Positions 9,874-20,207 are shown, counted from the first letter of the stretch. The stretch is DNA of 64,000 bases from an uncultured Chloroflexia bacterium (GCA_963774265.1 CAVZDU010000010.1:256001-320000), one strand, 5' to 3'. A program made the numbers and translations. The notes: a model not told the origin generated them from the sequence alone.

Positions 9874-10878
9874 ATGCAACAAACGGCAAAGCGGCTCGCC
9901 GAGGCTTTCGGCGTATCGGGTTTCGAGGATGAGATTCGCAGTGTAATCCGCGAGGAAATTGACGGTCTGGCTGATGAGTTGCGCGTCGATGCGTTGGGCA
10001 ATCTCATCGCCATCAGAAAAGGGCTGGGGGGTGGCAAGCGCATCATGCTCGCCGCACACATGGATCAGATCGGCCTCATGGTTACCCACATCGATGAGAA
10101 GGGCTTCATGCGTTTCACGAACGTGGGGTTCGTTTACGCCTTAGCCTCATGGGGCGGCCAGGTTCGTTTCGCTGATGGCACGATTGGCGCTGTCGGCGTG
10201 GACGGGCGCGCAGATCCGCGGCATGCCTTGCCTGAATTGCGCGATTACTTCATCGACGTTGGCGCGGGCAGCAAGGCGGAGGTCAAACAGAAGGTCGGTT
10301 CAGTTGCGGCATTCTGGCCTGGTTTTGTGGCGCAAGGCAACACATGGTTTTCGCCGAACCTGGACGACCGCGTGGGCTGTGTCGCCCTCGTGCAGACGCT
10401 GCGGGAGTTGAAGGACGCGCCGATCGATCATGATCTGTACGCAGTCTTCACCACCCAGGAGGAAGTTGGGTTGCGAGGCGCCACAGCCGCAGCCTACGCG
10501 CTGGAGCCGGATTTGGCGATCGCTCTTGACGTAACGCTTACCGGTGACATCCCCTATGCGTCACCGGCCATGGAAGTAGGCCTGGGCAAGGGTGTAGCGA
10601 TCAAGATTCAAGATTCGGGTATGATCGGTCACCCAGGCCTGAACTCGAAAATGATCGAAGTGGCGGAAGCCGAGGGCATCCCTTACCAATTGGAGGTGTT
10701 GCAGGGCGGAACGACCGATGCGCGGGTGGTTCAGGTCTCACGCGCGGGAGTGCCGGCGACAGCGCTCTCAGTGCCCAGCCGCCACGTCCACACCCCATCA
10801 CAGATCGTCGATCGGCGTGATGTGGAGGCTACGGTGCGGCTGTTGGCCGCGTTCCTGCGACGGCCCATCAGTCTCTGA
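9874..10878 (+). CDS. M42 family metallopeptidase 3
   Basis: AHMDQIG, NLDDR, TQEEVGLRGA, LDVT, GGTTDA, RHVHT. Confidence 0.92.
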   Translation: MQQTAKRLAEAFGVSGFEDEIRSVIREEIDGLADELRVDALGNLIAIRKGLGGGKRIMLAAHMDQIGLMVTHIDEKGFMRFTNVGFVYALASWGGQVRFADGTIGAVGVDGRADPRHALPELRDYFIDVGAGSKAEVKQKVGSVAAFWPGFVAQGNTWFSPNLDDRVGCVALVQTLRELKDAPIDHDLYAVFTTQEEVGLRGATAAAYALEPDLAIALDVTLTGDIPYASPAMEVGLGKGVAIKIQDSGMIGHPGLNSKMIEVAEAEGIPYQLEVLQGGTTDARVVQVSRAGVPATALSVPSRHVHTPSQIVDRRDVEATVRLLAAFLRRPISL

Positions 10879-10896
10879 CCGGCCTTTCGAGGGTAG

Positions 10897-13024
10897 CTAC
10901 GGCGCGGCAGTGTCGGCCGCGCCTGCCTTGAGAGGCGCTTCCGGCGCCTTCGAAGCGAACCACGAGGCGACGAACGCAATGAAGGCAACCAACAGCACTG
11001 CTGCAGCCAGGAGGCCCAGGCGATCGTAGCGCCATGCAAGGACGCCCGCCTCCAATTGGCGGACCTCACCTGCCCGCACTATCCACCGTCGCTGTATAGT
11101 GTCCTCGCGGTAGAGACGGTGCACACGCTCGAGCAGCCAGCCCGGTCCTGTGCCACGACCGTATACCTCGGTGGTGTAGGTCGCACGGCTTCGGCCCCCA
11201 ATGTCACGCCAGGCGCGCGCATCATTGCGCCAGATCGCGGCACGCAGCAGTTCCAATGGTTGTCCTTTTTAATTCTGCCTCATTGGCGGCCTGCTCCAGC
11301 TTGGCGGCCTCCGTCTCCCACGCAATCAGGCTCTTGCTCAGATCCACGCTCTCTTGATAGCCGTCGGTTCGTGTGAGTATGTCCTCGTTCATGGGCCACG
11401 CGAGATGGCGTGTGGAGAGGACTGAGGAAATCAGCGCCAGCTCCGGCAAGTCGGGCAAGACGGCGTCGAGCCGGTCTTGCCAGGTCAGCAAAACGGCGGG
11501 ATCGCTATAGGTCAACGTGACTGTAAGGACCGTCCCACTGGCTATGACGTCGGAGAAGCCTCGCAATGCTGTCACAGCCTCGGAAACCACCTCGGATGCA
11601 GCGGAGCCCTGTGTGTTATCGATTAGCTGCAAACTGAGTGTGCGCTGTCCGGGGGCATTGCTGACGTCAAGGAGGGACTGGGAAATGTGGGGTGGTCTGG
11701 CATCGGGCAGGACCAGGACATCTGCGCCAAACGCGCCGGTCAAGATCCGGCGCACGTTGGGAAAGTCGCCACCTTCTACTGCTCGGTATGCAAGCAAGAG
11801 AACTTCGGCTCGCGCACACGCGTCTGCGTCTTGCGCGACGCGGACAGCGTTCAACTCTCGGAGCGCCGCGCTGTGAGTGCCTGCATTTGCCTCGCCTCCG
11901 CGTCCTCCCGCGGCTTCAGCCAACCTTTGCTGCAAGGACTTCGCTGATGCGCGCAGTTCGGCGTCCTCTGGGTTCAGCGTCACGGCTTCCGTTAGCTCAC
12001 TTACGGCCAACTGCAGATACGCTTGGCCAGCAGATCCGCCCTCACGACTGCCTTCGCTGAGATACAATCCCGCAAGTCGTTCGCGTGCCGCCGCCAACTC
12101 GGCAGGGCTAGTATCAACCTTGGCTGACATGATCCCCGCGCGCCACTCGGCAATGGCCGGCGAAGCGAATCGTTCGTAGAAGCTGGCGCGCGGCGCAAAC
12201 ACGGGGGGAGCGAGTGTAGCCACATGCCAATATCGCTCGCCCAGCGCCACGTGTTCGTTGAGTCCTGCTTCGGGCGCAGCAGCCGCGGCCCGGTCCCCCT
12301 GCAGTTCCTGCCACCACGGGGATGACATGAACGCGAGCCCGACGTTGGATGGGGCTTTCACTCCCCCCCATTCCCATGTGAAGGTTCCGGGCCTTGGTGA
12401 ATGTGGGGTCGGTGCGAGATGCAACACCTGCTCCGGCGGAAGTGGACGAGCGAAGGTTACCGAAACGCGGAGCGATTCCGGGGCGCCGGCCCAGACATGT
12501 CCTGCGACGAGCAGATATGCATAGCTGACGAGGCCGTCCTGGATCGTTAGGGCTTGGCGATATCGGATGCGAATATCGACACTTCCGCGCACCGGAACGG
12601 TGACGGTTGCTGTTGCCTGGATCTCGGGACCGTTTGGGTTAGCGACGCGTATCAGCGCGAGTGGGCGTCCGCCAAGGGCCGCCTCGGCAATCTCCGGCAT
12701 TTCGGTGTTGCTAACCTGCGGGCCCGGGATGCCGATAGGCATGACCACTTCGGTGGCGCCCCGGTTATAAAGCTGCACTCTGAGATCTGTGTCGGCCCAG
12801 GCGCCAGTCGCGTCTTCCTTGATCACCAGGTCGACGGTCTGGCTGCGCAACTGAATGCCCCGCGCCCCGCCGTTTCCGGGAACCACGCTGATCGATCCTG
12901 TTCCTGTTGAATCGGCATGTACCGACGTCGAGCCGTAGGCCAGCACACCCAGCACAATGACCAACAAGATGACTTGCTTTAAGTAGGTGATTCTGGTATC
13001 CTCCAGCCTGAACCGTCTCCACAA
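10897..13024 (-). CDS. Exported, membrane-anchored hypothetical protein (DUF4424-like N-terminus, helical middle, C-terminal TM); apparent frameshift near 11266
   Basis: Removing one A from an A-run (minus strand GAATTAAAAAGGACA) joins ORFs 11222-13024 and 10897-11256 as ELKGQPLELLRAAIW. Signal peptide present. Start uncertain (see findings). Confidence 0.6.
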
Positions 13025-13042
13025 CGCGCGAAGGTGGTCCCC

Positions 13043-13342
13043 ATGGTCAAACTACTGATGAACTGGGACATTAAGTCAGGCCACGAACAGTCTTATTTCG
13101 AGTTCGTCATGCAGGAGTTCGCCCCAGGTTTGATGCGTCTGGGCCTGCAGCCAACGGAAGCCTGGTACACCGTGTACGGCCATGGACCACAAATCCTGAC
13201 GGGCGCCGTGGCCAATGATATCGAAACGATGCGCCATATTCTTGACAGCGAAGAGTGGCGCGTTCTTAGGGACCGTCTGCTGGAACACGTCCATAATTTC
13301 AGTCAGAAGGTCATTCAAGCCAGTGGACGTTTTCAGCTCTAG
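13043..13342 (+). CDS. Small conserved hypothetical protein (alpha/beta, NIPSNAP-like size)
   Basis: MVKLLMNWDIKSGHEQSYFEFVMQEF; RBS-like AAGGTGG; typical codon usage. Confidence 0.75.
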   Translation: MVKLLMNWDIKSGHEQSYFEFVMQEFAPGLMRLGLQPTEAWYTVYGHGPQILTGAVANDIETMRHILDSEEWRVLRDRLLEHVHNFSQKVIQASGRFQL

Positions 13343-14109
13343 ATTTGTTCCTCCGCGCTTGCAAGAAGATTGGGTCCCAGGTGGTCCAGTAATCGGAAAA
13401 CCTCCGTTTCTTTCCGCACATTTTGTGTCAAGAGGAATAGATCTGCTTCATTCGTGTAGCCCCAGTCGTGCAAGACACCGGTCATGTCGCCGGTCTTGTG
13501 GTAGAAGTCCACACTGTCGCGCCTCACGTTACGCAGCCAAAGCCCTGGATCCGTGTTCGCCAGCAGCATCTGGTCTGTCCACGCGCGCTCATCTGAGGGT
13601 AGCTGGTCTCGAATTTCGTATAGCCGTATGCAGTCTTCGGCTGAGATCCAATTCTCCAGCCCGCGCGCTCGTGCCTCGTAGTCCATTAGTCGTCGCTCGA
13701 CGCGCGTATGGCGCAATCCCAGCCTCCGAAACGCGTCGTTCAGCCTCGGCATCCCCAGGCGGCGGATGACCAGATTCGTGCATAGATTATCTGACACGGC
13801 GATCATCATCAGAAGGACGTCATGATAGGGCAGTGAGCGTCGGTGAAAGAGTCGGGCGAAGCCGGCGCCCTCCACCTGGTCCTCAGCATTGAGATCGCAG
13901 GTCTCACTTCGACTAACGCCCCCTGCTCGCTCCAGGTACGCCCATGCGTAGAGGATGGGGACTTTGATGATTGACGCCGACAAGAATTGGTCACGGTTTT
14001 TGCGCAGAATGCCTGGTCCGCCGCGCGGCCGGTAGTAGAGCGCGTACTCGCAACTGAGTCCCCTGAGGGCTTCATCAATGAGTTGTTGAACTTGTTGTAT
14101 CTCGGACAC
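13339..14109 (-). CDS. Serine hydrolase, class A beta-lactamase-like family
   Basis: SASIIK (SxxK), SDN and HKTG motifs; no signal peptide. Confidence 0.85.
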   Translation of the reverse strand: MSEIQQVQQLIDEALRGLSCEYALYYRPRGGPGILRKNRDQFLSASIIKVPILYAWAYLERAGGVSRSETCDLNAEDQVEGAGFARLFHRRSLPYHDVLLMMIAVSDNLCTNLVIRRLGMPRLNDAFRRLGLRHTRVERRLMDYEARARGLENWISAEDCIRLYEIRDQLPSDERAWTDQMLLANTDPGLWLRNVRRDSVDFYHKTGDMTGVLHDWGYTNEADLFLLTQNVRKETEVFRLLDHLGPNLLASAEEQI

Positions 14110-14155
14110 GGTGGCTCACATCCGAACATTCTAGCATACAGTGCTGATATCTCGA

Positions 14156-14164
14156 TGCTATAAT
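14156..14164 (+). promoter_or_regulatory. Extended -10 promoter for the DUF58-transglutaminase operon
   Basis: TGCTATAAT. It implies the true start is ATG 14190, not 14163. Confidence 0.55.
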
Positions 14165-14189
14165 GTTCCCTGCAACGGAATTGCCTGAG

Positions 14190-15500
14190 ATGCGATCTTC
14201 TACCGTCGTAAGTCGCCGTCTCCGGCCCACTAGTTTCCTGCCTTTCATTGCCTGGGGCGTGCTCCTGCTTCTGCAGTTGGTGTCGCCCGACAAGGCATGG
14301 AGTTGGCTACTCGTGGGCCTGGGGCTTCTGATCGTCATAGCCTATTTATGGGCTCGGATGCTGCGCGAGCAGGTGACGGCAGAACGCCGCACCCACGGCG
14401 CGTGGGTGGTTGCTGGTGACCACCTGCGTGAGCAGTTCACCCTGACAAATCATGGAAAGCTGCCGGTGCTATGGGCTCGCATCAGGGACCAGTCTGAGGT
14501 GCCCGGCTACCGGGTCGATCGAGTGGAGACTGTCGAGAGCGAGGGACAACGTACATGGACAACAACCGGCGTGTGTCAACGCCGCGGTGTTTTCCAGCTC
14601 GGTCCCTGGGTCGTGGAGATGACCGACCCGTTGGGCTTCTTTCTGGTGACGCATCACTACCCGGAGAGCGCGACGATCATGGTCTACCCTCGCGCCTCTC
14701 GCCTGCCTGATCTCGATCTGCCGCGTGGGCGCGCACCGGGCCGCGCCGTTTCATCGCAGCGTGCAAACGAAGAGACGATCCTGGTGGGTGGTCTGCGCGC
14801 GTATGCCCCAGGCGACCCATTACGTCGCATCCACTGGAAGGCCACGGCGCGTCACGACCTCTTGATGGTGCATGACTTCGATCGCGAGCCGTCGGGCGAT
14901 GTTTGGTTGATCGTGGATATGGATGCGCGCGTGCAGGCTGGGCGAGAGGCTGAGGCAACCCAAGAATATTCTGTCATCCTGGCGGCATCCTTGGCGGCAC
15001 GGTTTCTGCGCCAGGGTGAGCGGCGCGCTGTGGGCTTGTTGATATCGGGTCGGCATCCCGTGATGTTACCCCCGGGACGCGGCCAGGAGCAGTTGTGGCG
15101 CATTCTTGAGGCGCTTGCCCTGGCCGAGCCTGCGCCGGACCTCCGGCTGGAGGGCCTGTTACGGCAGTCAGGGCCAAGCTTCGGCAGTGGCAGAACGCTG
15201 GTAATCATCACACCGTCGCAAGATGGCGATTGGGTCGCGCCTTTGTTGCCCCTCACCGCTCGCGGCAACGCGCCGACCGCCGTGTTGCTCGACGCAACGA
15301 CATTCGATCCACCTGTGGGCAGTCACCAGGCCCTACTGGGCCTGCGCAGCCTGCTGGCGCAGCAGCGGATTCGCAGCACGGCCCTGGAGCAGGGTTTCCC
15401 ATTCCAGCCCATCGATAAGATTCGCCGTCGACGGACCGAAGCGCGTGCGCTGTCAGGCTTTGGTCGCGTGATCCAGGTCGAGGTTGAGGAGGAGGTCTGA
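14190..15500 (+). CDS. DUF58 domain protein
   Basis: Two N-terminal TMs; DPLGFF, LRAYAPGDPLRRIHWKATAR. Confidence 0.9.
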   Translation: MRSSTVVSRRLRPTSFLPFIAWGVLLLLQLVSPDKAWSWLLVGLGLLIVIAYLWARMLREQVTAERRTHGAWVVAGDHLREQFTLTNHGKLPVLWARIRDQSEVPGYRVDRVETVESEGQRTWTTTGVCQRRGVFQLGPWVVEMTDPLGFFLVTHHYPESATIMVYPRASRLPDLDLPRGRAPGRAVSSQRANEETILVGGLRAYAPGDPLRRIHWKATARHDLLMVHDFDREPSGDVWLIVDMDARVQAGREAEATQEYSVILAASLAARFLRQGERRAVGLLISGRHPVMLPPGRGQEQLWRILEALALAEPAPDLRLEGLLRQSGPSFGSGRTLVIITPSQDGDWVAPLLPLTARGNAPTAVLLDATTFDPPVGSHQALLGLRSLLAQQRIRSTALEQGFPFQPIDKIRRRRTEARALSGFGRVIQVEVEEEV

Positions 15501-15504
15501 CGCC

Positions 15505-17904
15505 ATGCGCGGGGATGACGCCGTCAGCCTATCCGAGCAGCCCGGCTGGGCAATGCGTCTCGCGCGGCGCTTCCGACCCTCCACCGGATGGGGCGTGTTT
15601 CTGTTGGCGTCCAGCGCGATGATTCTTCTGCCCGTTGCACTGGCTGACGGCGAGCTGCTTACTGGTCTGAATCGAACAGTGTTGCTTTCGGTTATTTCGT
15701 TTGCGTTTGCCTGGTGGCTCGCCCTTCGACGCATGCCAGGCCTGGCTGCGTCCGCGCTGATTGGCCTGGCAGGTGTGACTGTTGATCTCCTCTGGGGCGT
15801 CTTTGTGTTGCGGCCAGGTGCGTTGGCGTCGCAGCTTCTCAATTGGTGGACCTGGTCCTTCAGCGATCGTCAGGGAACCGAACCGGCAATCACTTTCTTT
15901 CGCGAGCAATGGTCGTTGCTCGGTGGTTATCTCCAGCGCGTTGGTTGGTGGATCAAGGGCCTGCTAGTTGGACCCGGCGCCCCGGATAATTTGGCTGTCA
16001 TTGGCCTGATCATTCTCCTGACATGGTTGATCGCCGCCTGGGCTGCGTGGTGGATTGCACGTCACGGTCAGACGTTCGTTGCGCTTTTGCCGACGGGGGC
16101 GCTCCTGGCTCAGCACGCGTACTGGGCGCCACCGACATTGGGCTACTTGCTTGTTTTTCTTGGTGTGACCGTGTTTCTGCTCGTGTTCGTGCGCATGGTG
16201 TTCAATATGCGCGCCTGGGACGAAGCCGGCGTGGATTACGCAGAGGACATCCGATTGGACATGTTGTTCAGCGCACTCGGGCTGACACTCATCGTTACTT
16301 TCCTATCGCCAGCGCTGCCGTTCTTCGCATCCGGTGAATTTTCGCAGAGGTTCTGGAAACTGCTGGAGTCGCCATGGCGAACCGTGGAACAGCAGGTAAG
16401 CGCAAGCTTTAGCGTGGCCCAGCCGGTGCGCTCGCTCGTTCCGCCGTCGGGTGCGGCGCCCGGGGGCTTACCGCGCGCCCATCTGCTGGGTGGCCGGCCA
16501 GAACTTGGCGCGGAGATAGCCTTGCGCGTCAACGTCCGCGGCGACCCTTCTGGTTTGCAGCTTTACTGGCGCGGGCAGACCTATGCTACGTATACGGGAC
16601 GGGGCTGGGAGAACGACGCAGAAAGGGTGTCGGAGCAATCCTTCGAGGCAGGTCAGCCGTGGAGCGCTGACTTGCCGTCAAGCAAGGGCCGGCGCCCAAT
16701 CGTCGCTGCGGTGGAGATTGTGGCCGCGTCGCGCAGTGTTGTATACGCGCCTCTCGAACCAATCGCAATTGACCGGCCGTATCGGGCGTTCTTGCGGGCG
16801 CCGGGCGACCTGGTGGCGCTGTCGTCCGAGCGAAAGGCAGAGACCTACACCGTGTTGTCGTACGTCCCGGCGCCAGACGCGACCATCCTGGGCGGGGCCG
16901 GAACGGCGTACCCGTCTGACGTGACCTCTCGCTACTTGCAGCTTCCAGCTGACCTGGATCCCCGCCTCTCGGTGCTTGTAGCATCCTGGACGAAAGGCGC
17001 AACAAGCCAGTACGACAAGGCCGTGGCCATCGAACGAGAATTGCGGCGCATCACCTACTCGCTGGACGTGCCCCTGCCGCCAGATGGCCGCGAACTGGTG
17101 TCCTGGTTTATCTTCGATCTGAGGCGCGGTTACTGCGATTACTACGCCTCGGCAATGATCGTACTCGCGCGGTTGGCCGGCATCCCCGCCAGGTTGGCCA
17201 TTGGCTATGCCACCGGCGATTTTGACGAGAAGACAGGACAGTATGTAGTGACCGAGCTTCAGGCACACTCATGGCCCGAGTTGTATTTCCCAGGGGTCGG
17301 CTGGCTGCCATTCGAACCGACGGCTGGACTTCCGCTCGTTGAGCGAGAGCCGGGCCAACCGTCCCCCAGTTCTCCGCTGGGCGCCGCAGGCGGTCCCGAG
17401 GATCTGGACTCGGGCATGGCGGAGCTTCGAGTGCTCGCAAGAGAGAACGCTGTGGTTGAGCGACGGCAGGCCGCAGGACGTGGGTTGTGGGCTGCCGTGT
17501 TGGCGCTGATCGTCGCTTGGGCAGTCTGGCTGACTGCATCATCCAGGCAGCCTATCCCTGTGGTGGCTGGTGAGTCGGTTGAAGCGTATGACCGCGTTGC
17601 TGGCTGGGGCCGGCGCTTGGGCAAGCCGATCAGCCGAGGCGAAACGCCGCGCGAGTACATGATTGGACTGAGCAAGGTCGCGGAAACGATCGCGGACCGC
17701 GCTCGCTGGCGCAAACAGCGCGTAAGGTGGGCGGCTTCAGTGGTGGTCATTGAGGGCGCGTTGCTGACCACAGACGTGGAGCGTAGCCTTTTTGCACCGG
17801 AGGGCGAGCTAGCGCAACCCTTATCGAAGAGAAACAGGTTGAGGGCTGCACTGCGCGAGCTGTGGCTTGCTCGCGCGAGCGGTCACCCCGAAGATCTCTC
17901 CTGA
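15505..17904 (+). CDS. Membrane transglutaminase-like domain protein
   Basis: Multi-TM N-terminus; YWRGQTY, GYCDYYA, HSWPELYFPGVGWLPFEPT; RBS GGAGG. Confidence 0.88.
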   Translation: MRGDDAVSLSEQPGWAMRLARRFRPSTGWGVFLLASSAMILLPVALADGELLTGLNRTVLLSVISFAFAWWLALRRMPGLAASALIGLAGVTVDLLWGVFVLRPGALASQLLNWWTWSFSDRQGTEPAITFFREQWSLLGGYLQRVGWWIKGLLVGPGAPDNLAVIGLIILLTWLIAAWAAWWIARHGQTFVALLPTGALLAQHAYWAPPTLGYLLVFLGVTVFLLVFVRMVFNMRAWDEAGVDYAEDIRLDMLFSALGLTLIVTFLSPALPFFASGEFSQRFWKLLESPWRTVEQQVSASFSVAQPVRSLVPPSGAAPGGLPRAHLLGGRPELGAEIALRVNVRGDPSGLQLYWRGQTYATYTGRGWENDAERVSEQSFEAGQPWSADLPSSKGRRPIVAAVEIVAASRSVVYAPLEPIAIDRPYRAFLRAPGDLVALSSERKAETYTVLSYVPAPDATILGGAGTAYPSDVTSRYLQLPADLDPRLSVLVASWTKGATSQYDKAVAIERELRRITYSLDVPLPPDGRELVSWFIFDLRRGYCDYYASAMIVLARLAGIPARLAIGYATGDFDEKTGQYVVTELQAHSWPELYFPGVGWLPFEPTAGLPLVEREPGQPSPSSPLGAAGGPEDLDSGMAELRVLARENAVVERRQAAGRGLWAAVLALIVAWAVWLTASSRQPIPVVAGESVEAYDRVAGWGRRLGKPISRGETPREYMIGLSKVAETIADRARWRKQRVRWAASVVVIEGALLTTDVERSLFAPEGELAQPLSKRNRLRAALRELWLARASGHPEDLS

Positions 17905-17905
17905 C

Positions 17906-18994
17906 CTATACATTGAACCGGATGTTCAGAATATCGCCATTCTGAACGATATACTCTTTCCCCTCTAACCGTAGCGCCCCTTTTTGTTTCGCCGCCACCA
18001 GGCCGCCTGCGTTGATCAGCGCATCGTAGGATGTGACCTCGGCTCTGATAAAGCCACGCGCAAGATCGGAATGGATTGCGCCAGCCGCGTCCACCGAGTT
18101 CGCGCCCACGGGGATGGGCCAGGCTCGGACCTCATCTTCGCCCACAGTGAAAAAGCTGTGAAGGCCGAGTAGGGTGTAGCTCATGCGGATGACCCGATTT
18201 AGGCCGGGTTCGGAGATGCCGTACTCTGACAGGAACTCGGCGGCATCGTCGGGGGGCAACTGCGCTAGTTCCATTTCCAATCGGCCCTGAATCGCGGCAA
18301 TCGTTGTGTGCCGGTGCCGGTAGTTGCAGAGCGATTCGATCGCCTGGTCTGCCGGACTGTCACCGACATTCAAAACAATCAACAGAGGCTTGAGGGTGAG
18401 CAAACCATAGTTGCGTAGCGACTTGAGCTCGGCGCCCTCCAGATCCATGTCGCGCAAAGGCGCACCGTGATCCAGTGTCTCATGCAGGCGCAAGAAGAGC
18501 GCTAACTCGGTTTCATCCTTTGCCTTTTGCAGCCGGTCACCGCCCTTCTTCAGCCCTATCTGAAGTCGCTCGATGCGGCGCTCTACGATGATCTGGTCAG
18601 ATAGGAGAAGTTCGTCGTCGATAATCGCGATATCGCGACAGGGGTCAACTGACCCCTCGGAGTGCGGTATGTCCGGGTCCTCGAAGGCGCGCACGACGTG
18701 GAGCAGCGCATCGCTCTGGCTCAGCGTGTTCAGGAGGGGCCCACTCAACCCGCCCGCGCCAACGCCTTTCGCCAGACCGGCTATGTCTGCATAGGTGACC
18801 TTCGCGTACGTGGTCTTGCGAGGCTTGAACATCGAGGACAGGCGGTCGACGCGCTCGTCCGGTACGTCAACCGTTGCGCTGTGCACCTCAAACTGGCCCG
18901 AGGAAAACGCAGCTGTCTCCAGGTTGCCACGGGTCAACGCGTTGAAAATGGTCGTCTTGGTGCTGTTAGGGAGTCCGACAATTGCAATGTGCAT
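17906..18994 (-). CDS. ychF: Redox-regulated ATPase YchF
   Basis: MHIAIVGLPNSTKTT, DIAGL, VVRAFED, FFTVGEDEVRAW, IHSDLARGFIRAEV, LEGKEYIVQNGD; start ATG 18994. Confidence 0.95.
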   Translation of the reverse strand: MHIAIVGLPNSTKTTIFNALTRGNLETAAFSSGQFEVHSATVDVPDERVDRLSSMFKPRKTTYAKVTYADIAGLAKGVGAGGLSGPLLNTLSQSDALLHVVRAFEDPDIPHSEGSVDPCRDIAIIDDELLLSDQIIVERRIERLQIGLKKGGDRLQKAKDETELALFLRLHETLDHGAPLRDMDLEGAELKSLRNYGLLTLKPLLIVLNVGDSPADQAIESLCNYRHRHTTIAAIQGRLEMELAQLPPDDAAEFLSEYGISEPGLNRVIRMSYTLLGLHSFFTVGEDEVRAWPIPVGANSVDAAGAIHSDLARGFIRAEVTSYDALINAGGLVAAKQKGALRLEGKEYIVQNGDILNIRFNV

Positions 18995-19161
18995 CTCTAT
19001 ACACCAGGGTTGGATCGGTTTGACTGTTGATAATCGATCGCGGAGTATACCATGCGTCTGCGAAATCAGACCAAACGTGTGTGGCGGTTTGGGGAGGAGG
19101 TCGCGAAAGATGGTAGAATAGCCGTCGATGTGGATCCACCGAGCGATACAAAGGATGGCTG

Positions 19162-19767
19162 ATGCATTTGCCAACATCTTATGAGGCCGAGCAGCTGCTG
19201 GCGGATGCGGCGACCCGGAATCCGGGACCTTGGATCGCGCACTCTTTTCGCGTGGGGGATGCAGCAAGGCGGATTGCCGAGTTGGTCCCGGGCCTGAAGG
19301 CCGAGGAGGCGTTCATCCTGGGATTACTGCATGACATCGGCCGGCGCGAGGGCATCACCGGGATGCGGCACGTCTTGGACGGGTATGTCTATCTTGGCGG
19401 TCTGGGATATGCGGACGCCGCGCGCATTTGCATGACGCATTCGTTCCAGAATCGAGATCATCGCGAGATCTTTGGTGAGTGGGATTGCGACGCGTCAGAG
19501 CTGGCGTTTATTCAAGGGTATCTTGACCAGATAGAACTGGACGACTACGATCGACTCATCCAACTGTGCGATTCGTTGGCTATGGCCCAGGGTTTCGTCC
19601 TGATGGAGAAGCGGATGATGGATGTGGCGCTACGGTACGGTGTGAACGAGTTCAGTGTGCGCAAGTGGCGCAAGACGTTCGAGATCCGATCGGACTTTGA
19701 GGGGCGCATGGGCTGTTCGGTTTACAGTCTGCTGCCCGGAGTCATCGACAATACCTTTGAGAGGTAA
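19162..19767 (+). CDS. HD domain phosphohydrolase
   Basis: WIAHS, GLLHDIGR, H, THS, LCD pattern; RBS AAGGA. Confidence 0.88.
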   Translation: MHLPTSYEAEQLLADAATRNPGPWIAHSFRVGDAARRIAELVPGLKAEEAFILGLLHDIGRREGITGMRHVLDGYVYLGGLGYADAARICMTHSFQNRDHREIFGEWDCDASELAFIQGYLDQIELDDYDRLIQLCDSLAMAQGFVLMEKRMMDVALRYGVNEFSVRKWRKTFEIRSDFEGRMGCSVYSLLPGVIDNTFER

Positions 19768-19769
19768 GC

Positions 19770-20207
19770 ATGCGTGTCTTTCTAGCGGGCGTCATGCAGG
19801 CGTCGTTGCCTGGCAAGGGGATAGTGGATCAGGGGTATCGCAACGCGATCGGCGATGCGTTGCTGGCGAAGTGGCCCGACATTGACGTGGTCGATCCGTT
19901 GATCTTGCACCCGAACAGCGTGGAGTACGATTATGAGGCCGCGCGCGAGACATTGTTTGCATTGATCACACTGGCCACGACGTGCGATCTGGTGATTGCC
20001 TATGTGCCGCAAGCCAGCATGGGGACCGCGCTGGAGATGAACGCAGCCTACCAGGCGGGTATCCCGGTCATTGCGATTTCGCCCATGCGCGAAAACTGGG
20101 TGATTCGCGCTGTCTCTGATCGTATCCTGGCCGACCTTCAGTCGTTCATGGTGCTTCTGTCTACTTTGGATCAGCCAAATGATTTAATTGACAGAGCTCG
20201 GCGCTGA
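19770..20207 (+). CDS. Nucleoside 2-deoxyribosyltransferase-like protein
   Basis: RVFLAG...DP...DLVIAYVPQASMGTALEM; starts 2 nt after the HD stop. Confidence 0.7.
   Translation: MRVFLAGVMQASLPGKGIVDQGYRNAIGDALLAKWPDIDVVDPLILHPNSVEYDYEAARETLFALITLATTCDLVIAYVPQASMGTALEMNAAYQAGIPVIAISPMRENWVIRAVSDRILADLQSFMVLLSTLDQPNDLIDRARR

Noticed and set aside
13339-14109. Antibiotic-resistance beta-lactamase
   Set aside because: No signal peptide, no clear omega-loop ExxLN and no mobile context; only family membership is supported.
18995-19267. Upstream extension of the ychF ORF
   Set aside because: It overlaps the divergent HD gene; YchF homology begins at 18994.
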